Assembly (NCBI GenBank): GCA_032718475.1
Contig: JAUCBJ010001747.1
Location: forward strand, 1 to 55,448
Length of the DNA stretch: 55,448 nt
Source: Nemertoderma westbladi
Lineage: Eukaryota; Animalia; Xenacoelomorpha
Direction: 5' to 3'
Part shown: positions 12,901 to 24,275 of the stretch, in pieces
How the letters are laid out: each line of letters starts with the position of its first letter
How positions within the stretch are numbered: the stretch's first letter is position 1
Made by a program: the position numbers and the translations under genes
The notes under the pieces: generated by a model
Seen by the model: only the letters and a program-made list of their open reading frames with translations
What the model was told of the DNA's origin: nothing
Database searches by the model: none

Positions 12901-13428
12901 CAGCCACTACAAACCTATGCGGTAAGAACTAGAGTAGGTTGGTACTTTACTGGTCCCTCCCGCAGAACTCTCGAAGAGAGACTACCATCAGAAAGACTAT
13001 ACCAGATAAATGGTTTGGAAGTGGAGAGCAGTGAAGTGGACGAACTAACTGAGGGAACACCATACTCCTCAGATAATGACGATATTAACTCCAATGAAGA
13101 TCAATGGAGACATCGCCCCGAGATGATTAATCTAGCCGACATCGCTTACAGAGGAGCGACTCCTCAAGAACGGATAGATACTCCCGGCTGGTTAGGTGGA
13201 CCCGACTCCCTAAGTAAAGAAGAAGATGAATGGCCTTCCCACCTTAACCCGGCTGAGATTAGACAGGCCAAGGGAGCGGAGAAAGTAACACGACAACCCA
13301 ATCACCCAGCTGGTCGTTTATGTTTACTGGAAAGAGACCAAAAACTGTCCGGAAACTATGGAAGGCAAGATACTCTTCCTACGACCACTTCCCTAATCCG
13401 ACAAATATCTAGGGACTCCATAACATAA
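9916..13428 (+). CDS. BEL/Pao Gag-aspartic protease polyprotein lacking RT, most of RNase H and integrase
   Basis: 1170-aa ORF with BEL Gag capsid-like region (WLPF...LSNGEKLRFLI.CLEGP...LNIRYG), triple knuckle CALCDGPH...C / CYNCLRRGH...C / CAKCGAKHHSLLH, protease ALLDSGS, then directly the post-RNase H motif QWRH...NLADIAYRG...WLGGP...WP. Confidence 0.9.
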   Translation: MADTVYDGRPACGESTDATSSQVESEVESEVESEVESEVESEVESEVESELTSAEKPRTRDAIDIYLSDYQRFLGDEELRRRLSGLSPNSEGTKLVLDAIDAEMLAANQAECDEKLRLVRVQEEQIKKRRIEEQKTAAMAEAIADAEAERKAAAAEVEAERKAAKAAAAADAEAERKVAKAVREAERRASEQTTQLELENLQETQDSINKQFTANQMQMMSRSTPKRQGYTSSEEGETTDPEGGGNRSRLSRRRKTSHRHKLPDLPPAVKRQLTSTDLGSAEPIEQFIQVKRLPTIVDEPEIIRPVVPKVTSVLETPTLPELNSKFPLHSTTLPVPGGTVHANTPVQIAEREINNLSPVVPRQPATMLATPASAVEWVEEGRRGMNLLLGQMQETVHQLKGTVREGRAELQEVQQSIALERMKWLPFNEYYKDSIQNSVLSNGEKLRFLIKCLEGPPKLMALKFIGHPDGLRQVWDTLNIRYGNKDNIAKYLYAKLVAPRHFLSSGIIEFSDEIQEICRQLDWLGKSHEYQSSMVIGAVVSTLPKGGVCTRWDKKVLYMNEQQRRSPTMADLMSFLDSEVKLQLIRQSREKTSENKVSEKPVSRRRIIPVCYTDDGESQASQEEDSGKDTERSYYDNKTYKDVSKYKSRTSDRREQVTTTPPTSPKRIHGKKPEERTRVQNVNQVKVSNIKPKCALCDGPHRLSACAEFLKKSLADRRGVLWDKRLCYNCLRRGHQRRTCYSDARCAKCGAKHHSLLHTEFERNSPSQVSEPKSHVQFSDVNDTDQSSEWEGFYTDEFSDANESCYLINTAVYRALTYEKDTDTEFPPTTFDKQPSWKAPASNVGIREFPVVQVRVHGLNKSYIVNALLDSGSTGTFIDQELAEDIFAGQPKFQTKLNMSGIMQVWKSTITADYYVGVLSTPQDKLGAQSIRSVKMVAIKNFATTQADLYNWDEDESIQHLKIPRFQTDYPGVQILIGQNAHEALETLEKRPAQPQPLQTYAVRTRVGWYFTGPSRRTLEERLPSERLYQINGLEVESSEVDELTEGTPYSSDNDDINSNEDQWRHRPEMINLADIAYRGATPQERIDTPGWLGGPDSLSKEEDEWPSHLNPAEIRQAKGAEKVTRQPNHPAGRLCLLERDQKLSGNYGRQDTLPTTTSLIRQISRDSIT

Positions 13429-15050
13429 TAACATATGGAGTGGGTGTGTGACTATATCATTTTATATTTGTTTTTTATTTTATATTTATGTATGTATTAT
13501 TACGTAATTTTATTATAATCGTTTTCTTTAATTTTATTTAGTAGAATGTTATTTTAGCGATTATTTAGTAAATTAGTGCAATATATTAGTGTTTATTACG
13601 TACTTAATTACTTATAATATATTTAGTGCGACGGCAAGAAATAATTATTTTTCTCTTTCCTTACTGTCCGTATTATATTATAAATGCGAGACTATAGTAA
13701 GATGACATGTCAGTACTTATTAAAGTACAATAAAGCCACTACTATATTCAAGTATTATTGGTAGGCAGAGTATTAGGAATGCAAAGTTCAGATCCTCGTG
13801 TCTCGGCTAAACCAAGCTCTGGGTAGACCTTGGAAACGACTTGCCTCTTCACACTGACATTGCTTCGTGCGATATTGCTCTTCTACCTTATATTAAATAA
13901 TACATATAGTAGCGTGATGTCCCTCTAACAGTAGCGTAAATCGCAAATAAATCTGTTAAACTTTTTGACCATCTGTAATTCTAGTCGATTAAGATATCGT
14001 GGCACCCACCGATATACTTGAAAGACAAATTCTAGAATCAGTGGTTAACGTCCCCAGACAAGTTCTGGAATAAATCGGTGCCCATCCAAAATATTAATTT
14101 AATATTTATTAAAATCTGTAAAATTCCGATCCTTTAAAATTTCTAGTCAATTAAGATATCGCAGCACTTACCGATACTCTTAAAAGGACGATTTTATAGA
14201 ATTAAGGATCCTAAGTCCCCAGATATGCTCTGGAATAAAATTTGTGCCAATTTAACATCAAATAATAAAATTCGAGGGAATAATTTTAAATTCATATTCA
14301 AATGAATTTCATAAATTGTCATTTTGTGCAATTTGTAACATTCCCAAAATTTCAGTAATTAATAGATCATGGGAGCGGAGATTCATATTGAGTGTACTAG
14401 AGTGCGAGAATCTCCAATATATAGTCAATAGCCGATAAAATTTATAAAATCATGCATAAAGAGGATATTGACAATTAAAGAATTACTATTAAATAACATC
14501 CCAGATCTGTATGCATGAGAATTACCCTAATTCTACCGCTAGTTTTCCATAATGTCACCATGGCAACACCCACGCTGGAATTAGAAGCAAGTTAAAGGAA
14601 CAATAAAGGCTTGCCCCATTGCGTAGCATAAGAGAATACATAGCGCACTATTAGTATCCAAGGATACATAGTAATAACGTGACATTCTGGAAGACAATGA
14701 CTAACGGACAAAATGGCTTGCATGTGTGCAGTAAGTAATGATTGTATGGAATTTGTGCGTTTATAGGTGAATGATACTACTAAAGTGTGTTTACAGTAGC
14801 TAATCGCATTTGTAAAGTAGCCTAACTCTACCGAGATAACCTCAAGTGGATTCAAGCCTTTGGGACGGACAGTGGTGGGACTTGTGTCGATTATCGTTGT
14901 CGTGCTGTTGCTACATGTTGGCGCAAACACCGCGACAACGGTACATCGGCGCTGAGAAACCCACTGTCCGGGGTCAAAGACTAGTAGGCAGCGACGCCCG
15001 CTTGCCTAAATATTGACTCATACTAATATTAATAAACTCAGATAGCAGAT

Positions 15051-16340
15051 ATGACGGAATTAATAGAAGATGACCTTGGTATTAGAGAGCGATATACTCT
15101 ACCTTTACAAGCGTTTGTGGATAGCTTGATACGCGGTGAAGCCGATCCGACTATTACGGAGGACGATGGTCGTTATATCGAACCGCCGATGTCCCAAGAG
15201 CAACTTACGCGTGAATTGGACTATCGAAAATTAACCGCTCGCTATACGCATCGTAATGGTACGTATATGGACTTCTTAACTACCGGCCATCCTATCGATT
15301 TACATGATACGGACGATGTAGACACCCTAAAGGGAAATGGTTCTATTTAAATATCATACCCAGCGGAGTCGTAACGATAAACCGAGAATAGATCACGAAA
15401 ATTCTATTCGTAACAGACTGGGAAGACGAACCAATATGCCTAGAATCTGAGGAGATTCAGCCTATCGCGCTCGGAACAGCGACAACGATTACATCCTAGA
15501 ATGGTATCAAGGTCCACAGTGTCTCACTGCGTACGATTATCGCCATGCCAACTATGTTTCTCGGCAACGTTGTCGGTTATGCGCATCGAGAGACCATGTT
15601 ACGCCCATGGACACAAACGTCCGCTGTTCCTATTTCCACGAACAACCGGCGATGGAAATTTATTGAGCGTATTGCAGATTTAATAATTTGCATATTTTTG
15701 CGGTTTGCCCTCAATTTATGACTCAATGTCACCACTGTCCACTAAAGGGACACGCCAGTTTCGATTGCCCTTTTAATCGCGATTTGGAAAGCGTAGATGA
15801 AATGATCACACTACGTTACATTAGAGCTTGGGAAGCGAACGCTGATTTACATCGTGATTCGCGCCATCGCTATTATCCTGGACGCGCTTACGAAGGAATT
15901 TATGCGTTCCATCCTTATCTATTCGCTTCTGTCGAACAGAAATCACGCATATCGAGTTACAGGAAGTATATCGACGGCCTTACGAGTACCGAGCCCGCGA
16001 ACGCGAGTTGGAAGGAACCATTGGACCGGGGAAGTTTCTAACTACTTATGGTCCACCCACGGCCCTCGTGCAGACCACTCGTACAGGACCCGTAAGAGCG
16101 GCTGTCTTGAAACGAGCTCTCAAAGCCGTTAGACCCCTCTCCCCGGACGTTGATGTCAATCAACCCGGTACTTCGACCGGCGGATATACCGATCGCAATC
16201 CCATACCTTCTGATGCAATCATATTGCACCCTTCACCCAGGAGTTATAGCCCTCCTCGTAAAGTGGCTCGCCCCAAAGAGAAAAAGACTCTTGCTAGCTT
16301 TAAAAAACTGCGTAAACGCCGTCCGCGCAAGAAAGACTAA
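15051..16340 (+). pseudogene. Disrupted accessory ORF2 of element 1 with three CCHC-type zinc knuckles and a basic C-terminal tail
   Basis: ATG 15051; frameshift near 15330; TGA at 15448 and 15664; knuckles CRLCASRDH-x9-C (15571-15627), *AYCRFNNLHIFAVC (15664-15708), CHHCPLKGHASFDC (15727-15768); second frameshift near 16010-16040; tail KKLRKRRPRKKD*. Confidence 0.7.
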
Positions 16341-16418
16341 CTGTTTAGAGTATTTTTATATTTTAGAAACTGTGATTTTGTATATTTTATAGACTTAAAT
16401 CCCATTTTCTGGGAGCGG

Positions 16419-17651
16419 TGTAAAAGCTTCTGTGGGATATAACTGGCCCCTTTTGCTTCGCAATCCAGTTTCCCCCCAGGCGCTGGAATACTCTAAAAAG
16501 GTTCTCTAACTGTATATATATTCCCCTCGCCCGCAAGGTACCGTTACAGGTGTTTTAATGGACATAAAAGTCATTCTGCTATATACGTGTTTTGGCGGAC
16601 ATGGTAAGGCAAAAAACCTGTAATGCACCAACTACCTTTCACAGCTTAGCCGTGATGATTCATATTACGACATCTAACAGCTGGTTGCTGACATGGAAAC
16701 AGCCATTGGACGCATAGTTCTTTGTTTGGCTTGAGCCAATCAGAGCGATTTTTCCTGTCGACGTGTAGCTTTTCAGCCGATTATAAGGAGAGTGTTCAGT
16801 CTTACTGCTTTTACTTGATACTTTGTTGTTATTGCTGTCTAAGCCAGAAACACCGGCTTTTTGGGAAGAACTCTAGTAAACTGCTTAGATTATAGAAAGT
16901 ATAACTGTTACCGGCGGTGTTACCTCACTTAATTTAACTGCACTAATCATATTGTTTGTACTGCTATTTACCGTCAGTTATTAATTGTACCTATTTGTTG
17001 ATGGAAATATTGCTCTTTGGATAATACGGATAAATCACCCAAATTCCCAATTTTCTTGATACACTACAGGTTAGAGAGGCGGGCTATATATAACAATTGC
17101 GATTTATATCAATGTGGTGTGTATTGAATCTAATGTTATTTAGTAGACACTACCTGAGTCAATTGCTGTTCTCTTTATGTGTGATCAAATATACTGACAG
17201 TCGGCAGAATAGTGTGCATGATTGTGAGTGTGATGTGACTGGTAACAAAGCATTTCCTAAAGAATGCGACTTATACTTTAATCATAAGCCTTATCGTTGC
17301 GTTTAGTATAAGTCCTAGCTCTGTTTAAATAGATAGAGCGCCACGTCCTAAAGGAACTGTTAATATTTCCCGAAAGTTAATAATATCTGTCAGAAATTAA
17401 TTATTAGTGATCTATCGAATAATACAATAGGTTTACACTGCAACCTTACACTGCAATAATAAAATCTAAGCATCCGAATTCAGCCTCCCGGGTGTAGATC
17501 CATCGGGTGAATGATCGCGCATGGGCTGGCTTCGGCTAATGTTTTGTTTATTAGCATAAAATATTGTCGTATGCTAAAGGTGTGTTAATTAACTAAAAGA
17601 CATATAAATTTTGGCAGGTTAAACTGCTAAAGGTCTTCAAAAGCGCGAACA
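16419..17651 (+). repeat. 3' LTR of element 1 (1233 bp)
   Basis: Begins TGTAAAAGCTT, ends GCGCGAACA; contains CCAAT (~16736), a TATA-like tataag (~16782) and a TCAGT initiator-like motif (~16796). Confidence 0.92.
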
Positions 17652-18776
17652 CACTTCGTAAAATACTGGTACACCGGTAGTGTCGGAAACGATAGACAAA
17701 CTTTAACTATGTGTTAGAAAAACGCCCAAACAGTAAACATTAAAAAAGCAACTACCGATCCATATGTATCTAATCGCAAACTATGCCGGAATTAATTTTT
17801 ATCGACCAACGATTCACTCGGCTATACTGATATCTTACTTCAAACAGTTATTTGGTCCATAATCTTTATTTTGTACTCGTACCTGATCTCACTATAATTA
17901 TTCGATAAATGACTCAGCATGCTTTTAGAACTGCAGAATTGTTATAATTCAAGACCAAATCTGGAGTCGAAATGTTTTAGTTTATTAATAATATTTAACA
18001 TAAATAACATCAACATATCAGCATGGGATATTAAACTACAGCATTTAGTGAAACATGCTAGAATGTAGAAAAAACACCACAACTGTACTCAGTCTCAGTA
18101 AATAGGCCGCCCGGAGTGGATATGATTCAGTGGTTGTCAGAAGTATCGCAGCATTACCCGTCGCCAGAATAATGGCAACAACGATTCGTTGGGAACCTTA
18201 AAGACCACTTATTGGAATATGTGGCTCGCTCCATCACCATCACCTCGCTGTAGATGACATTCTTGCATCGCTGGGATCCCTCTGCACCCCGCAGCACTTG
18301 ACTAAGAGCGAGATGATTTGACGATTAGTGCCGCATAGTGTCGCGGAAAAAGCATTACTCCGCCTACAAATAAGGGCGAGGTAAATAATGCGTGAAGAGG
18401 GAAATAAAGATATTTTATTCTTAAATGAACAATTACGTTTTTGTACGAATATACCCCAAAATTGGGAGAAAGGGTTGTACTTTTTTCCATAGGGTATAAA
18501 GTAACCCATAGGATTGCATTTATTTTACCTTTTCCCGGCGTAAAGCAAAAGTACCGGTACTAAGTACCGGTATAAGAAAATGAGAATATAATTATTTATT
18601 ACATGGGAAAAAATGTTCTACATATTTTCCCATGTAAGTGTAATACGTAAATGTATGTTTTCAATTGGTATTCTTAGATGCTCAATTCTTTAATAAAACA
18701 TAGAGCGATATAATACAATTCTGATCTGTTAACCAACCACAGCAGAATCCGTGGGAATCCCAAAGGAACGCCTAAT

Positions 18777-21754
18777 CGCTGATCGTTGTGGCGTAAGTAG
18801 AGCGTATTGGGATACGGTGGGGCTTACAGGAACTCATCACTGATCGTTGTGGTGTAAGTAGAGTGTATTGGGGTACGGTGGGGCTTACCGGAACTGATCG
18901 CTGATCGTTGTGGTGTACGTAGAGTGTATCGGGATACGGTGGGGCTTCCCGGAACTGATTGCTGATCGTTGTGGTGTAAGTAGAGTGTATCGGGGTACGG
19001 TGGGGCTTCCCGGAACTGATTGCTGATCGTTGTGGTGTACGTAGAGTGTATCGGGATACGGTGGGGCTTACCGGAACTGATTGCTGATCGTTGTGGTGTA
19101 AGTAGAATGTATTGGGATACGGTGGGGCTTACCGGAACTGATCGCTGATCGTTGTGGTGTACGTAGAGTGTATCGGGATACGGCGGGGCTTCCCGGAACT
19201 GATTGCTGATCGTTGTGGTGTAAGTAGAGTGTATCGGGATACGGTGGGGCTTCCCGGAACTGATTGCTGATCGTTGTGGTGTAAGTAGAGTGTATCGGGA
19301 TACAGTGGTGCTTACCGGAACTGATTGCTGATCGTTGTGGTGTAAGTAGAGTGTATTGGGATACGGTGGTGCTTACCGTAACTGATTGCTGATCGTTGTG
19401 GTGTACGTAGAGTGTATCGGGATACGGTGGGGCTTCCCGGAACTGATTGCTGATCGTTGTGGTGTAAGTAGAGTGTATCGGGATACGGTGGGGCTTCCCG
19501 GAACTGATTGCTGATCGTTGTGGTGTAGTAGAGTGTATCGGGATACAGTGAGGCTTACCGGAACTGATCGCTGATCATGGTGGTGTGCGTAGTGTATCGG
19601 GATACGGTGGTGCTTACCGTAACTGATTGCTGATCGTTGTGGTGTACGTAGAGTGTATCGGGATACGGTGGGGCTTCCCGGAACTGATTGCTGATCGTTG
19701 TGGTGTAGTAGAGTGTATCGGGATACAGTGGTGCTTACCGTAACTGATTGCTGATCGTTGTGGTGTAAGTAGAGTGTATCGGGATACAGTGAGGCTTACC
19801 GGAACTGATCGCTGATCATTGTGGTGTAAGTAGAGTGTATCGGGATACGGTGGGGCTTAACAGAACTGATTGCTGATCGTTGTGGTGTACGTAGTGTATC
19901 GGGATACGGGGTGATCGTTGTGGTGTAAGTAGAGTGTATTGGGATACGGTGGGGCTTCCCGGAACTGATTGCTGATCGTTGTGGTGTAAGTAGAGTGTAT
20001 CGGGATACAGTGAGGCTTACCGGAACTGATCGCTGATCATGGTGGTGTGCGTAGTGTATCGGGATACGGTGGGGCTTACCGGAACTGATCGCTGATCATG
20101 GTGGTGTGCGTAGTGTATCGGGATACGGTGGGGCTTACCGGAACTGATTGCTGATCGTTGTGGTGTAAGTAGAGTGTATCGGGATACGGTGGGGCTTCCC
20201 AGAACTGATTGCTGATCGTTGTGGTGTAAGTAGAGTGTATCGGGATACGGTGGGGCTTCCCGGAACTGATTGCTGATCGTTGTGGTGTAAGTAGAGTGTA
20301 TCGGGATACAGTGGTGCTTAAGCAATCAGATCAGTATACGATGGTTCGACAACATTTGTGTCTACTGTTGACGGTGACACAGAACCATTTGAAGTGTTAT
20401 GGGGCGTCCTCCAGGGAGACACACTTGCACCATTCTTGTTCATTATTGTGGTTGACTATGTTCTACGCATGTCCTTAGATCATCATAATGATGATGGGGT
20501 GATGATAACTCCACCTACTGGCTCCAGAAGTCGAGGAAATCCTGCCAAGTACCTAACTGATCTGGACTTTGCTGATGACTTAGGAATACTCTCAGAATCA
20601 TTAGAGGGAGCCCAACGGCTCCTCAGCTCATTAGAACATGCTGCTTCTAGTGCTGGTCTTTTTATTAACTCCAGAAAGACCAAAATTTGGACAGTTAACT
20701 TTGAAAGTCATCAGCAAGTCTCTGATCGGATGAGCATAAGCTCAAAGGATGGTATGCTTGAGCATGTGGACGACTTCTGTTACCTGGGATCATGGATCCG
20801 GAAGTCAGGTGAGGACCTTCGAATACGTAAGGGAAAGGCATGGGCAGCCTTGAATAGGCTTTCCAGGATTTGGAAGTCACCGAGAATTAATCGGAAACTT
20901 AAGGTCCGATTATTCAGAGCAGCAGTAGTTCCAGTACTCCTCTACGGGAGTCCATGCTGGGCTCTAACTGCTGAGGACACCAAATCTCTGGATGGCACAT
21001 TCACAAGAATGCTACGCCGAGTTCATTGTGTCAAGTACAATGCAGAGTGTATTGGGATACGGTGGGGCTTCCCGGAACTGATTGCTGATCGTTGTGGTGT
21101 AAGTAGAGTGTATCGGGATACAGTGAGGCTTGCCGGAACTGATCACTGATCGTTGTGGCGTACGTAGTGTATTGGGATACGGTGGGGCTTACCGGAACTG
21201 ATCGCTGATCATTGTGGTGTACGTAGTGTATCGGGATACAGTTGGGCTTACCGGAACTGATCGCTGATCGTTGTGGTGTACGTAGAGTGTATCGGGATAC
21301 GGTGGGGCTTCCCGGAACTGATTGCTGATCGTTGTGGCGTAAGTAGAGTGTATCGGGGTACGGTGGGGCTTACAGGAACTGATTGCTGATCGTTGTGGCG
21401 TAAGTAGAGTGTATCGGGGTACGGTGGGGCTTACCGGAACTGATTGCTGATCGTTGTGGTGTAAGTAGAGTGTATCGGGGTAGGGTGGGGTTTACTGGAA
21501 CTGATTGCTGATCGGTATGGTGTACGTAGAGTGTATTGGGATACGGTGGGGCTTACCGGAACTGATCGCTGATCGTTGTGGCGTAAGTAGAGTGTATCGG
21601 GGTACGGTGGGGTTTACTGGAACTGATTGCTGATCGTTATGGTGTACGTAGTGTATCGGGATACAGTGGGGCTTACCGGAACTGATGCTGATCGTTGTGG
21701 TGTACGTACAGTAGTGTATCGGGTCGGGCGGGTAACAGTGGGGCTTACCGGAAC
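18777..21754. repeat. 61-bp tandem array (~25 + ~12 copies) interrupted by an RT fragment
   Basis: Unit gctgatcgttgtggtgtaagtagagtgtatcgggatacggtggggctt(a/c)ccggaactgatt with 61-bp periodicity (18961, 19022...). Confidence 0.95.
20321..21042 (+). mobile_element. RTE-like LINE reverse transcriptase internal fragment
   Basis: Open frame with GVLQGDTLAPFLF, LDFADD, FCYLGS and LFRAAVVPVLLYGSPCW motifs. Confidence 0.92.
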
Positions 21755-22520
21755 CACCTTCATCCGAGTAGATGACCTCGATTCACTGCAAGGATTGCTA
21801 CATCGTAAAAGTCGAGGAAAACCGAGTGATCGTAACTTATACGAGGTTTACGGTACCTGCTGGCAGATTAGTCGATAATTAATAGCTACCTCTATAGGCC
21901 TATAGAGGTAGCAACCGCCGCAGGGCGTCGACCAACTAGGCCCTACATTATTATCCATCCACACAATCCTCCATCTAGCAGAGTAATTTGTTGTAAAAAA
22001 TAATCGTAAAAATTACAACTAAAATTATTTGGTGTATTTTATAAATTGTTCTAGAAGAATAAATAAATATGTTCCAGAATATTTTTTAGTAATAGCTACT
22101 GTGTTCATTTCCCTACATAAAAAGTACATATAACTAACTAAATACAGTATAACAATTTGGTAGGGGTTGTAAGCATGCGCAGCGCACTTATTTGTTCCCT
22201 CGGTACCTAGTGTTGTAAGTGTGCATCCAATGTTTTGCAACTGTATTGGAAATTTTCTAGAACACGGTAGATATTCAATAAAAGCAGTATTAAGGTTCTA
22301 GAACAAATATTTTTTGGTATAGCAAAGCCGTCGTTTATGAGTGTTAGACTGTTTTCGGAGTGTTTTCGATTGACATTTTTTCTGTCCTATTCCGGGTTCA
22401 TTTAATAATCATACAATATTCCAGAATTTAAACTGTAATACAGTCATATCTGTGTTATACTGTAGGCCTAGGTATTCAGTAGTGTGCGCAATATTTTCCA
22501 ACTTCAAACAATTTATTTAA

Positions 22521-23405
22521 GGGGGGGGGGGGGGGGGGGGGGTATACCCCCCTCAGGTAAAATTTACAAATTGTTGTTTCTTTATTTCATCTAGAGCTAA
22601 ATTTAATGAGGAATACAAATCTGAAAACCGCTTAGTGAGACCTCTTTCAGTTCTCGAGTTATCACTGTTTTTCCGTATGACGGTCTGTCCGTCAAATTGT
22701 AAGAAAAACAGAAGAACGACAGACAGACAGATAGACTAGATTCCACCAAAAATTAAAACTGACATCCGAAATGAAATCAGCGACCGCGAAAACCCCCGTA
22801 ATGAACATTTTAGCTCGTTGGTATGCATCCTTCGTGCCAGAAATAATTAACCAACCAAAACACAGACAGCCAATTTTGGCGGGACGATTTAAACTTTGAA
22901 GGGCATTTTCTCGGAATGACATTTTTCATTTTCAAATTACTACTCCTCCGTCATTTTTTAACCAATTTTCTTCGTTTATGGCTCATTCGAACGAGCTTTG
23001 GAAGCTCTTTAAAAGTTATCTTATGGAATTTTGATAAATATTACCATTTTTTCTAATTAGCCAATTTTAATTAAAAATATGATAATGAATTAATTAAATT
23101 AATTAATTAAAATAAAATTGGCTAATTAAAAATTCTATAAGATAACTTTTGTAGAGTCGATCACGCTGAGTCCAAAAAAGTTGGTTTCAAGAAATTTGGA
23201 CCAAAATTGAGGGACTAGTAGCAATTTTAGTGAAATCTTTAATTCCGCCGCCAGCCGCTAGGGGAGGCTATAAATTTTCCAATTTTACTATAAAGGCTAT
23301 TTGGCCTTCCATACAGTGGTTGACCATGACAAAATAGCAATATTATCATTTAACACTAATTGACAGACATTTTAAAAAAAGGTTCATGGGGGGGTATACC
23401 CCCCC
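22521..23405. mobile_element. Non-autonomous TIR element with TTAA target duplication (Kolobok-like termini)
   Basis: TTAA|G(n)TATAC(n) at the left end and G(n)TATAC(n)|TTAA at the right end (TTAA 22517-22520, 23406-23409). The superfamily call is inference. Confidence 0.65.
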
Positions 23406-24275
23406 TTAATTTAAATAACATTATTCACTTTTGAATTAAAAGTTTAACGTAATCCCAGTAAAGTCATCCCAAATTTGAGGTCAATTCTGAACCATTGTGT
23501 AATTAAATAGTAACCTACTAGCTACTATATAAATAATACTGTACTTTGTGAGTGAAAATGATATTCCAGAACGATAATCAAATAATTAAACCAAAAAGTC
23601 GATTAAACTAGCTACTGGGGCGAAATAAATGTTTAATAAACATTTTAATGCTAAATTTATTAATAATTGCCAACGTAATTAATAATCTAGAATAAATAAT
23701 GAGAAATCAACAGAATAAACTTATAGATCGATAAATATTTTATTACAGGCTTAGCTACGCATTTTTGGAAGATTGATTGGATAATTACTTTATTGTCCGC
23801 AAATGCGGACATTAATGTCTTTTTTGTTCGCAATTTTGCTGACCATAAAGGAGATATTTTCAATGGATATACAATAGACTGCCATGGGGGTGCTAAGCCT
23901 ACCGGTACCCTACCCCTACAGTAGTTCTCCGTAGTGCCCATCTCACACGACGTCACCTTCGTTGCAACATGTTTCAGGACCTTCTCACAAGCTATTTTGT
24001 ATTTTTCTTCAATTTTTTGAGATATGTCGCTTAATTAAATTTCCAACAAAGATTCTCCAGAGAAGAGGCCTGCATGTTTCTCTACAACGAGTCTAGTACA
24101 TCGTGGGCGGCGGCGGGTATGGATCAAAACTATAAATATGATACAGAGTGGCTACTTATACGCGGTACAGGTATATAATAAAGTAATATAATATAGCAAA
24201 TTAAATTACCAATTTAAATCGATTTTCTGATATAACTGACAATAACGACTACATCTACATCAGCACACAGTAGAG

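Larger units (their letters stand above)
9630..17651 (+). mobile_element. BEL/Pao LTR retrotransposon, non-autonomous (element 1); 5' LTR truncated by an internal deletion
   Basis: TG...CA termini; 5-bp TSD CACTT at 9625-9629 and 17652-17656; 5' LTR remnant 9630-9842 matches the start of the 3' LTR (16419-17651) with one visible substitution; purine-rich gggagcgg precedes the 3' LTR. Confidence 0.93.

Noticed and set aside
15448-15666. In-frame TGAs in ORF2 as selenocysteine or readthrough
   Set aside because: Frameshifts occur in the same ORF, both TGAs are one substitution from CGA or TGY, and I could not identify a SECIS.
18470-18640. Short inverted repeats (tacatgggaaaa...ttttcccatgta) suggesting another element
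   Set aside because: I could not define termini or a TSD.
23900-24130. Minus-strand coding-like segment (LSDISQKIEEKYKIACEKVLKHVATK)
   Set aside because: In-frame stop upstream, no recognisable homology and no stop-free link to other exons.
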